Below, piece after piece: positions 20,070-29,023 of a stretch of DNA of 64,000 bases. This DNA comes from Candidatus Helarchaeota archaeon (GTDB lineage Archaea; Asgardarchaeota; Lokiarchaeia; Helarchaeales; RDOG01): positions 800,001-864,000 of the forward strand of contig JAHPZH010000002.1 of NCBI GenBank assembly GCA_019058315.1, read 5' to 3'. The position numbers and the translations under genes are program-made. Each line of letters begins with the position of its first letter. Positions within the stretch are counted from its first letter, which is position 1. Under the pieces are notes generated by a model. That model made no database searches. It was not told where the DNA came from and saw only the letters and a list, made by a program, of their open reading frames with translations.

Positions 20070-20789
20070 TTGATTATGCCACGAGAAAAGGTCGCAGCTC
20101 ATTATATAATCCGCGAAATTAAATACAATACTCAAATTTGGGAAATATTTCGACAAAAACGCAAAATTGCACTTGAATTAATGAAGGCATTCAAAAGGTT
20201 TAACCCATTTATTCATGGTTCAATTGCACGTGGTGATATTAAACCTACTAGTGATATAGATATCATTATTCCTCATATAATAGATGAATTCGAGTTAATT
20301 CAACCACTTGATTCCATTAAATATGAGATTATAGAAAGATGGTTAGTTCAAGCTACCCCATTATCTGGAATTAAAGCAAATTTAGTATTGACACCTGAAA
20401 TTACAGTTACTATACCTCTGATCCCTTTCTACCCACGAGAGTTGCAATTTTATGATTTTGGTGGAAAAGTTGGTCTAGATGCAGTTCAATTAGGAACTAG
20501 AGTTCCTGGAATTAATAAGCAACTTTTATTGATAGATCCTACTGATTCTGGACATATTGAATCCCGTGTTACTAAACAAAATGCTGGTCAGGTCTCAAAA
20601 TTACTTGGAATATCTATTTCAACAATCCTTGAACGTATTCGTGTCCTTGAGAGAAGAGATAAAGTTGGTCGAACTGGGATGTATTTAAAAAGATTAGTCC
20701 CTCCATCAAAGTCTTTCGGACAAGTCCTTAAAGAAATTAGTAGCCGATTTCCCGCAACTAGAAGAAGAATTAGAAGGAAAAAAATATAA
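20070..20789 (+). CDS. Archaeal pol-beta-superfamily nucleotidyltransferase
   Basis: HGSIARGD...SDIDI, VQATP, FYDFGG, RVPGINK and RRDKVGRTG. Confidence 0.85.
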   Translation: MIMPREKVAAHYIIREIKYNTQIWEIFRQKRKIALELMKAFKRFNPFIHGSIARGDIKPTSDIDIIIPHIIDEFELIQPLDSIKYEIIERWLVQATPLSGIKANLVLTPEITVTIPLIPFYPRELQFYDFGGKVGLDAVQLGTRVPGINKQLLLIDPTDSGHIESRVTKQNAGQVSKLLGISISTILERIRVLERRDKVGRTGMYLKRLVPPSKSFGQVLKEISSRFPATRRRIRRKKI

Positions 20790-20801
20790 AAGGTAAAATA
20801 A

Positions 20802-21410
20802 ATGAGCTTTATATTTACAATCGATCCCCATATACATTCTAAAAATTCACCCGATTGCAAAATGACTCGAAAGCAAATTATTTTAAAAGCTCTTGAGTTG
20901 GAATTAGATGCTATATGCATCACTGACCACGATATTATTACTAAAATGCTTCCTGATGCAAATATTCTAATTTTATCAGGTTGTGAGATAACGACAAATC
21001 ATGGCCATATTTTAGCCTATGGTATTTCGGAACCTATTCCTATATCACTTTCAGCAGAAGATACTATAGATAGGATCCATAATCAAGGAGGTGTTGCAAT
21101 TGCTGCCCATCCCTATCGTAAATTTGGTCAAGAAAATGCAGATATTATTGGGCTAGGAAACAGCGATAAAATCTTTTCTTGCCCTATCGATGGTGTTGAA
21201 GTTATCAATTCCCTTACTAATAAAAAAGAAAATTCAAAAGCCCGTGAAACTGCAAAATTACTTAAACTCCCTATGTTGGGTGGAAGTGATGCACACCGGA
21301 TAGAAACCATCGGAAAAGCTGTAACTAGATTATCAACAAGTATCGAAAATATTGATGATTTTATTAATTGTATAAAAAATGGAAAATTATTGCCCTCTAT
21401 AGGCTATTAA
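20802..21410 (+). CDS. PHP-domain metal-dependent phosphoesterase
   Basis: DPHIHS, ITDHD, GCEI, GHIL, AHPY and GGSDAH. Confidence 0.9.
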   Translation: MSFIFTIDPHIHSKNSPDCKMTRKQIILKALELELDAICITDHDIITKMLPDANILILSGCEITTNHGHILAYGISEPIPISLSAEDTIDRIHNQGGVAIAAHPYRKFGQENADIIGLGNSDKIFSCPIDGVEVINSLTNKKENSKARETAKLLKLPMLGGSDAHRIETIGKAVTRLSTSIENIDDFINCIKNGKLLPSIGY

Positions 21411-21418
21411 ATCTATAA

Positions 21419-21991
21419 TTATTGCTTTACTCTTCCTGCTCCTTTAAATTCAATAGTAATGAGTTCATCCTCTAGTTGCATAGCTTCTAATGAGTTTGTA
21501 AATATTTTATATTCCTTACCTATCAATAAGCTAAAATATTTTGAAATCGATTTTATAGCATTTGTAAAAAGGAAAATAGCAGCTTCTTTTTCGGTCTTGT
21601 TATTTAAATTATTCATAAAGAGACTATTTTTTATCGCTTTTGTTTCATCTTCATGAAAATAATATGTTATTGATAATTGTGAGTCCACAGCAGAATGCTT
21701 GTCACTCTCTATTATTAAAAACTTTTTCTTAAACGGGAAAACTTCAGATAACCACGTTTTAAATAATTTGGGTCCATCTTTTTTAAAAAAATCCGCTATT
21801 GATAAAAAAGAACCTGCCCGTTTACTCCAATCTTCATATAAAGCTTTAGCTTTTTCTTGAAATTCAAATAATTTTTCACCAAGCCCTGCGACAATATAAT
21901 CTTCAAAATACTTGTTAGCTATTCCTGCTGTTACTTCTAGGTTGGATTTCATAATAATATCATTAGTGAATTCAATAAATTCCTTTGACAC
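21419..21991 (-). CDS. Hypothetical protein (HSAVDSQL family, paralog A)
   Basis: Shares WLSExFPF, HSAVDSQL, LFxxAIKSISxYF, YKIxT and EFxGAGR with 22099..22680. Confidence 0.8.
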   Translation of the reverse strand: MSKEFIEFTNDIIMKSNLEVTAGIANKYFEDYIVAGLGEKLFEFQEKAKALYEDWSKRAGSFLSIADFFKKDGPKLFKTWLSEVFPFKKKFLIIESDKHSAVDSQLSITYYFHEDETKAIKNSLFMNNLNNKTEKEAAIFLFTNAIKSISKYFSLLIGKEYKIFTNSLEAMQLEDELITIEFKGAGRVKQ

Positions 21992-22098
21992 GGCATGTTT
22001 CGCCTTCTATTCTTTTTTAAATCTTTAAAAAGAATAATTTTCCATAATTTTTAAAGGTTTTAATAAAAAAAATTTTAATACAAAATATTTTCAAAGCT

Positions 22099-22680
22099 TT
22101 ATTGAGGACGCCCAGCACCTTGAAATTCTACAAAAATAGATCCATTAACATCAATTTCATATAAATTAATATTTTCAGTGTAAATTTTATATCTAGTTCC
22201 AATTAAATTTTCAAAATAATCCGAGATTGATTTTATCGCATCGACAAATAATATTCTTGCGACGTCATTTATTTTCTCTTTCCATTCGTGAAATTCTAAC
22301 TTCTCAAGAACAAATTGAATATAGTCTAATTCAGCTTTATCGTAAACATAACTAATAATCAATTGAGAATCCACTGCCGAGTGCCCTTCGGGACAATCAA
22401 TTATTAAACTCTCTTTTTGAAATGGAAAAATTTCTGATAACCAATATTGAAACAAATCTCTACCATTCGTGCTAATAAAACCAGATATACCTTCAATAGA
22501 ACCTCCCTGTGTTTTATACTGCTGGAAATGATTGTTAACATATTGTTGAAATAGTATAAGCGCTTCTGGGGAGGCATTTTTCAAATAATGTCTAAATATT
22601 GATTGTAATTTTCCTCCCTCTATTCTTAACTGGGAGAGATTTATAATATTATAAACCAATATTCTAAAACGTTCGCTCGT
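22099..22680 (-). CDS. Hypothetical protein (HSAVDSQL family, paralog B); probable start is ACG at 22680 (track start TTG 22659)
   Basis: Paralogy with 21419..21991. The N-terminal alignment extends to ACG-AGC-GAA, 9 nt after GGAG. Confidence 0.75.
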   Translation of the reverse strand, partial: TSERFRILVYNIINLSQLRIEGGKLQSIFRHYLKNASPEALILFQQYVNNHFQQYKTQGGSIEGISGFISTNGRDLFQYWLSEIFPFQKESLIIDCPEGHSAVDSQLIISYVYDKAELDYIQFVLEKLEFHEWKEKINDVARILFVDAIKSISDYFENLIGTRYKIYTENINLYEIDVNGSIFVEFQGAGRPQ

Positions 22681-22783
22681 TTTTTAGCACTCCATTTTTT
22701 ACTCTTATTCAAATAAAATCCATCGCTAATATTAAAAATTTATTATATAGGTCTTGTCAATTCTTGCTTTATAAATTGAATGT

Positions 22784-23824
22784 TTAAAGTTTAATAAAAC
22801 GTATGTCTAAATCTTTAGCTTCCATGTGCTCATACTTTCCAGTTATACCAAGTTTGCCCTCATGATCTACTTGTCGTGCCATATGTCCATAAGGTGTCCC
22901 ATTTTTTATTCCTTCAGTAATAAAAGTGTGACGTAGTGAATGAAAAGTGCGTCCTTCTTTCTTTATACCTGTTTGGTTTAATACTTTGTATAAAATTCGA
23001 TTCATTGATGGTATAGAAAGCTCTCCGGATTTTCTAGAGGGAAAAACTATGTCAGAAATATGAGTTTTATGATGAATATAATTATATAATTCTTTACAAA
23101 ATTGCTTTTCAATACGAACTCGGATTTTACCACGTTCTTCTTGATTTTCCTCGGTCTTTCCTTTCCTTAGAAGTCTCACAGTTGGGATGCAGTTTTCACA
23201 ATTTTTAGAACAATAGTTACAATCTAAATCCTGTTTCTTTAACTTCCTTACAGCTGTATTACGTGCACCAGTTCCCACAGCGCTAAATTTTAATAATAGA
23301 TAATTTCTAAGACTTAAAGTTGAATATCTATTATTTTCTAACTCTTTAGAAGCTTCTAAAATCTGTTTAAGTTCATTAATCCTAAATGGCAATTTTTCTT
23401 TTTTTATTGCTTTTACTCTTTCAAAATTTGAGATATCCTCATATTCTTCAATTAAGTTTCTAAGTTTTTCAATTTGTGGACCAAAATCCTTACCGGAACG
23501 CTTTTTTCTCCTTAAAAGTCTTCTCTTAATTCCTATCATATATTTGACAAACGACTTTATTGCTGAAATCCTTCTATTAATTGTTGAACCTGAGCATTTT
23601 CTGCTTCTCATAGTTTCTATATAATCTTCAAGGTCCTCTATTAAGATATTTTCAACATTCTGAATCCCCGTATTTTGACAAAAATCTAGAATATCATAAC
23701 GATAATTACGAATAAGTGATTTTGATTTTCCTTCTTTCTTCTTTTTATCTAAAAATTCTTCAATAATAGTTAAGGATCCACTTAATTCAATTTTTTTATC
23801 CCTAGATTCAATTTCAATTACCAT
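22784..23824 (-). CDS. Tyrosine recombinase (Xer/integrase family) with Cys-rich insert
   Basis: SAM-like N-domain (NYRYDILDF, STINRRISAIKSF). Catalytic R (TGARN), HxxR (FHSLRH), H (VDH) and Y (TGKY). Confidence 0.92.
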   Translation of the reverse strand: MVIEIESRDKKIELSGSLTIIEEFLDKKKKEGKSKSLIRNYRYDILDFCQNTGIQNVENILIEDLEDYIETMRSRKCSGSTINRRISAIKSFVKYMIGIKRRLLRRKKRSGKDFGPQIEKLRNLIEEYEDISNFERVKAIKKEKLPFRINELKQILEASKELENNRYSTLSLRNYLLLKFSAVGTGARNTAVRKLKKQDLDCNYCSKNCENCIPTVRLLRKGKTEENQEERGKIRVRIEKQFCKELYNYIHHKTHISDIVFPSRKSGELSIPSMNRILYKVLNQTGIKKEGRTFHSLRHTFITEGIKNGTPYGHMARQVDHEGKLGITGKYEHMEAKDLDIRFIKL

Positions 23825-23847
23825 TTTGAGGATCCTCTTTTAATTTG

Positions 23848-23882
23848 TGAATGAAATATAACCAGATCTGTTATTTCATTCA
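23848..23882. promoter_or_regulatory. 11-bp perfect inverted repeat directly upstream of the recombinase
   Basis: TGAATGAAATA-(13 nt containing CAGATCTG)-TATTTCATTCA, 23 nt from the recombinase start codon. Confidence 0.55.
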
Positions 23883-24006
23883 TAAAGCCTCAAAATTATT
23901 AAAAAGAAAGTATCATTTAGAGAATATTCGGGATATATTTAGAGCAATAAATAAGCCTATTAACTATTAATAAAAATAAATGAAAAAGAAAATAATTTTA
24001 GGTGAG

Positions 24007-25629
24007 TTAAATCGAAAAATAGTTTCTAATCATTGTATTAATTGGATTAAAAACCTCAATATTTCCGTCCCAGCTAGCTATTGTTTCCCAAAAAACGTTT
24101 TGAATTTCCTCAGTCAAATTTTTCAATTTTGTTCGAAGAATCTTTAGGTCTTTTGAAGCCAATAAAGCTACAGAAAATTGTTTTCCATATTCAAACAACA
24201 GTTTCTTATCTTCATGATCGATAATTTTCAATCTTTGATCACTATGTGTCATTTCTTGTAATATTGCTTGGACTCCAGAAATTCCACCAACAAATAAATC
24301 TGCATCTACTTGTTCAGACTTCTGAAATGAGTAATCTATCAATACTATGCCCCCTTCATTAATTACATAGAGATGAATGAGTTCTTTATCCCATTCCATT
24401 TCTTCAGCAGGAGGAAGGGATTCTTTCATAAAAACAAATGGGATTAATGAGAATTCGCTTATTAAAAAGATGGTTACCAGAATCATTGTATCTATGAATT
24501 GATTTAATGCAGGTAAAGTCATAATATTAGCTATAATAAACCCAAGTCCTCCTCCAATCGCAACTGAGCTCCATCCATATCCATTAAATCGTGCCATATT
24601 ATTTTTTGGAGAAAAATCAGACCAAACAGTACAGATAATTATTACATAACTTGCTGTTATCGTTGAATAGAAAACTACACTGATAATCATGAAAGCAAAA
24701 ATCTCCCAGAATACTAAAAATACCAATACAGTTGGTATAAGCATGTTTGAGATGAAAAAAATATGTTTTCGTCCATATTTGTCCATTAATTTTCCAAATG
24801 CAGGGCTCAATACTAGGTTCATTCCCCCTATTACTAAGAAATCAAGATTTATAAGCCCCAGACCAAATGTATCTGCAAATTGAACATAATATCCTAAGTT
24901 TTTGAGATAAAAACTCATCGGCATATTTGCTTCAAAAAACCTGGTATTTGCTCCTAATAGAAATACAATTATTCCTAAAAACATACCAAAAACCAAAGTA
25001 CTTGTCCAATAAACAAGCCCTGCTCTTTTTACATCAAAATCTCTTGGAATAGTAATTAATGGTTGATATAACAATTCTAATTTTTTTGTTCTAATTAGAT
25101 AAAAACTAACCACTCCAACGATTATATTGATAATTCCTAAAATAAAAATGTTTAAAAAGATATTAAAAGCCGAAATTAGCGCCGTTACTGATACAAAACC
25201 CCATCCTATTCCAAGATAAAGTCCAGCATTTAACCCTCGTTTATTTATTTGAATATTAGATCCTATATAGCTTGTTCCGATTATGACATTAGGACCTGTA
25301 AAAATACCTAACAATAGAACGAGGAATAATGATATTTGTACATTTCCATAAAAAAAAATTAAAAGAAGAGCAAGAGTTCCCCATATAATGAATGAGAGGA
25401 AAAAATAATTTTTATTCTTAATTTTATCAATAATAATTCCACATAAAAGGCTTGAGAATCCAAATGACATCCAAAAAGTTTCCATCCACATTACATCTAT
25501 ACCATAATGAAATACTAGATTAAGAAAAGGCACAAAACCAAAGGTCATTGTGGTCATTACTCCCACAGAGACCAGTAAAAAATGTGAAAAATTTTGAATA
25601 TCGAATTTTGTCATTTTATTATCCACCAT
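24007..25629 (-). CDS. MFS transporter fused to a C-terminal longin-like domain
   Basis: ~12 TM with MFS motif A (GKLMDKYGRK; GIIIDKIKNK). C-terminal ~125 aa read LIHLYVINEGGIVL...LFVGGISGV...IDHEDKKLLFEYG...SWDGN. Confidence 0.8.
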   Translation of the reverse strand: MVDNKMTKFDIQNFSHFLLVSVGVMTTMTFGFVPFLNLVFHYGIDVMWMETFWMSFGFSSLLCGIIIDKIKNKNYFFLSFIIWGTLALLLIFFYGNVQISLFLVLLLGIFTGPNVIIGTSYIGSNIQINKRGLNAGLYLGIGWGFVSVTALISAFNIFLNIFILGIINIIVGVVSFYLIRTKKLELLYQPLITIPRDFDVKRAGLVYWTSTLVFGMFLGIIVFLLGANTRFFEANMPMSFYLKNLGYYVQFADTFGLGLINLDFLVIGGMNLVLSPAFGKLMDKYGRKHIFFISNMLIPTVLVFLVFWEIFAFMIISVVFYSTITASYVIIICTVWSDFSPKNNMARFNGYGWSSVAIGGGLGFIIANIMTLPALNQFIDTMILVTIFLISEFSLIPFVFMKESLPPAEEMEWDKELIHLYVINEGGIVLIDYSFQKSEQVDADLFVGGISGVQAILQEMTHSDQRLKIIDHEDKKLLFEYGKQFSVALLASKDLKILRTKLKNLTEEIQNVFWETIASWDGNIEVFNPINTMIRNYFSI

Positions 25630-25696
25630 TATTAAAGATAAAGTGTATAATCATGGGTACAATAAAAATTATTCTTATAGAAAAAAATGTTCTACC

Positions 25697-27079
25697 TTAT
25701 TTACCCTTAAAAATCCTTAATATGGTGTCTGCATCATCGATATCTTCTTTAGATAATGATAATATTATCTCTTTTTCTTGTCTTGTGAACTCAAGTTCCT
25801 TAATATCTGGTTCAAGAATGATTTTTTCAATATTTGACCATTGATCTGATAAAAAGGTAAGTGTAAGGTCCTCTTTACGACTATTAAAATTGATTATGTG
25901 AATTAAATTATCGTCACCATAGATAGTACCAATAATTCCAAAATCTTTCTTATTTAATGTAATTCCTGGGACTTTTTTCCCTTTATAATTCATAGGAACA
26001 GCTTCTGTAAATAATAAACGCCTTGGTTTATACCATTTTCCAAGTTGTTCTAATTGTTGAGCTGTTTCTGGGTATAATTCACCATTCATTTGTGCAGCCA
26101 TTCCAAAACCAAATTTGCCCCCATTAGCCATTACTATTGCTGCCATTCGAAATATTTCGTAAGGATCAGATCTAGGTAATGGAGCATCCCAAGCCTTTCC
26201 TGCTGGACCTACTAATTCCCATGGTTTTTTTAGTTTTCTGTATCTCTTCCCTTGTTGCCATGCTGTTTTGGAATCATGAGCTTCACCTGATAGATAATGG
26301 GCATATTTTAGTTTATAATCAATACTTTGATTAAATGTAAGAATAATTTCAGGATATTTCTTTTCCATAAAATACATAACTATATGAGAGGACCTCTCTC
26401 TCATATTTGGAAAATGATACCAATCCATCCATAAACCTGCTGTTTTATAATTTTCGATTAGTTCTACAAGCTGCTTTAACATATAAATTTCATATTTTAA
26501 TGGATTGTATGTAAATTCGTTAAAATAGACATCATCGAAAAATTCTTGTGTATATTGGATGTAATTTCTTTTAATACTAATATCAAACATAGTTTTAACA
26601 AATTTTGCTGTTTCGTAAGATTGTTTTGATATATATTCTTTATTTTTATGATGCATCGCAATGAAAGACGGTGTACAAGATCTTAGTGGTTGAATATCAT
26701 CAAATTGGGAGTTATGATCAAAAATGCTTGAATAATAAAACATTAGTGGAATCCTTGCTTTTTCGCTTTCTTCAGAAAGCAATTTAACGTAATCTACTGG
26801 AGTCTTCCAATTAGTATATTTTGTATCCCAATAACAAATGCCATCATGCCATTTAGCTTCAAAGATGTGATAATCAACCCCAACTTTTTTTGAAAATTCG
26901 ACCCATTTTTTCATTTTACAAAAAGGACCATTAAATTTAAAGTTTCCATCCTTATCTCTCATAGATGCGTTAAATTTATCGTAATTTCGATTCCATATCC
27001 AACCAGGTCTCGCTTCTATCTGATACATTATGGCAAGACCGGGTTTCTCCCACCAATCTTTATTATTTTTATTTGACAT
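25697..27079 (-). CDS. Alpha-L-fucosidase-like glycoside hydrolase (GH29-like)
   Basis: AKWHDGICYWDT (KHHDG-like), FYYS, QLVELIENY and GLWMD nucleophile. Confidence 0.75.
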   Translation of the reverse strand: MSNKNNKDWWEKPGLAIMYQIEARPGWIWNRNYDKFNASMRDKDGNFKFNGPFCKMKKWVEFSKKVGVDYHIFEAKWHDGICYWDTKYTNWKTPVDYVKLLSEESEKARIPLMFYYSSIFDHNSQFDDIQPLRSCTPSFIAMHHKNKEYISKQSYETAKFVKTMFDISIKRNYIQYTQEFFDDVYFNEFTYNPLKYEIYMLKQLVELIENYKTAGLWMDWYHFPNMRERSSHIVMYFMEKKYPEIILTFNQSIDYKLKYAHYLSGEAHDSKTAWQQGKRYRKLKKPWELVGPAGKAWDAPLPRSDPYEIFRMAAIVMANGGKFGFGMAAQMNGELYPETAQQLEQLGKWYKPRRLLFTEAVPMNYKGKKVPGITLNKKDFGIIGTIYGDDNLIHIINFNSRKEDLTLTFLSDQWSNIEKIILEPDIKELEFTRQEKEIILSLSKEDIDDADTILRIFKGK

Positions 27080-27193
27080 TTTTATTCGAATTTAATTTGT
27101 ACAAATATTAAGATTAAGTTAGCTATTTTTTATTATTGATAAGAAGGATTGATTCACTAATCTTTAATAGATTATAGTAATCTATATTTAGAT

Positions 27194-28021
27194 ATGAAAA
27201 ATCAAAAAGGCTTTGATCGTGAAGCATATCCCGAGCTAAAAGAGTATTGGGAAAAATTTGAATCCACCGTTAAACCATATATCGAAATAAAAACTAAAAT
27301 TAATGAAAATATGAGTTATTGGCAAAGTAAATTTGGGGGATATCCATACTGGCCTAAGAAAATCGAATTTCCAAAGGATTCAAAAGGAAATTACTTATAC
27401 TTAGTCGCTCAATTGAATTTTGAAGAAATCCCTCAACTTAAGGGATTTCCCCAGAAAGGAATACTACAATGGTATGTATCACCAGATTTAGGTTTATACG
27501 GATTGGATGGTTATAAATTTAAAGATACTATTACTCAAAACAATTGGCGAGTAGTTTATTTCCCAGATATCGAAAAAAAGGAAGAAAATCTAATTACTAA
27601 TTTCTCATTCCTACCCAATCCTAAAGATTATACCACTTGGCCGCCGGTTTTAAAACCATGCTCTTTAAGTTTTAAAAAAGATTATGCTCCAATTGCATTA
27701 TATGATTATCAATTTATTGAACTATTTGGTGATCCATTCGATTTCTTTGGACAACTTGGTGAGGTTGGTGAAGAAGCTATGGATGCTTACAGTGTTGACT
27801 ATTCTGCTAAAGGACATAAGATAGGAGGATATGCAGATTTTGCTCAAGTAGATCAAAGGGTTCCTGAGTGGGGATATAATACTTTACTCTTACAAATAGA
27901 TAGTGAACCATCAAGAGACATCGATTTTGGCTCAGCTGGGGTTGGACACCTTTTTATAAAAAAAGATGATTTGAAAAAGCTAGATTTCTCAAATGTTATG
28001 TATACTTGGGATTGTGGTTAA
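27194..28021 (+). CDS. YwqG/DUF1963-family protein
   Basis: SKFGGYPY, LVAQLNF, HKIGGYADFAQ, LLLQIDS, FIKKDDL...DFS and YTWDC. Confidence 0.85.
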   Translation: MKNQKGFDREAYPELKEYWEKFESTVKPYIEIKTKINENMSYWQSKFGGYPYWPKKIEFPKDSKGNYLYLVAQLNFEEIPQLKGFPQKGILQWYVSPDLGLYGLDGYKFKDTITQNNWRVVYFPDIEKKEENLITNFSFLPNPKDYTTWPPVLKPCSLSFKKDYAPIALYDYQFIELFGDPFDFFGQLGEVGEEAMDAYSVDYSAKGHKIGGYADFAQVDQRVPEWGYNTLLLQIDSEPSRDIDFGSAGVGHLFIKKDDLKKLDFSNVMYTWDCG

Positions 28022-28114
28022 AGAATAAATTTTTAAAAAAGGAAAAATTTTAATAATTACAATAAAATTTTTAGTGAAATAATTAGTGATTAAAAACTGG
28101 GACTTGGATTATAA

Positions 28115-28531
28115 ATGGCAACACCCGAGCAAATTTTATCTGTTGTTTTAATTAGTTTAGTAATTTCGTTTTTCGTTCTAATATTTTTAATATTTTTTAA
28201 TCTTAAACAGGTTAGAAAATTATATTCCTTACGAGCCGAAGATAAGATATGGGATCCATGGGGTTCGCTTTCTTTTGGGCTCAGCATCTTTTTAATTGGA
28301 TTTTCAGGTTTATTATTAGGAATGTTTTTCTATTTAAGCTCCACTCATCCTGAAATTCTAGGTCTCGGATTTTCACCTTTAACTTATTTTCAAAATCCAA
28401 TTCCCAGTTTAATGCTTTTGATCTATATAATAATTGGGATGGGAGTTTCCATTTTTGGAGTCTCTTTAAGTATTTACGGAATGGACCGATTTATTAATAA
28501 TGTTGAAAAGATAAGAGGAGAAAAAAAATAA
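28115..28531 (+). CDS. Small 3-TM membrane protein (WxPW pair, A)
   Basis: Three hydrophobic segments; KLY...WDPW; HPEIL. Confidence 0.7.
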   Translation: MATPEQILSVVLISLVISFFVLIFLIFFNLKQVRKLYSLRAEDKIWDPWGSLSFGLSIFLIGFSGLLLGMFFYLSSTHPEILGLGFSPLTYFQNPIPSLMLLIYIIIGMGVSIFGVSLSIYGMDRFINNVEKIRGEKK

Positions 28532-28917
28532 TGGTAGCACTTCCAATTTTAATGTATATAGCAATTATATTAATCTTTCCAACCTTTGTAGGAGCATCCT
28601 TTTTTATTTTTTATCAATATGAATTATATAAACTTACACATTATTCTGATACTTGGTATCCTTGGAAATTTTGTACATTCGGTATTTTCGGATTTGAAAT
28701 AGGTATAGGTATATTAGGTGTTAGTTTATTCGGAGGTTTTTTCTTTTTATATCCTGATATTCTTAATGTTGAAGCTGCATACATTCCTCTCTTTTTGCTT
28801 ATATATGGATTTTTAATTTGCTCTGCTGCAGGAGTTTCTTGGGCAGCTTTTAGCCTAAGAAAATATTGGATAAATGTAAAAGAATTAGCAATTAAAAGCA
28901 AAGGTGGCAGTCTATAA
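28531..28917 (+). CDS. Small 3-TM membrane protein (WxPW pair, B)
   Basis: KL...WYPW and YPDIL. TAATG overlap with the upstream paralog. Confidence 0.7.
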   Translation: MVALPILMYIAIILIFPTFVGASFFIFYQYELYKLTHYSDTWYPWKFCTFGIFGFEIGIGILGVSLFGGFFFLYPDILNVEAAYIPLFLLIYGFLICSAAGVSWAAFSLRKYWINVKELAIKSKGGSL

Positions 28918-29023
28918 TAAACCAAATTTTTTAAATGTAATTTCTTTTCTTTTTTCGATTAATTTTCTAATTAAAAAATATACATATAAATCCATAAATG
29001 GAATTAGTTAATGTGTTGTTTTT

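Noticed and set aside
21419-23824. Provirus or integron
   Set aside because: No capsid, packaging or replication genes, no att duplication or tRNA target, and no recurring attC-like elements near the recombinase.
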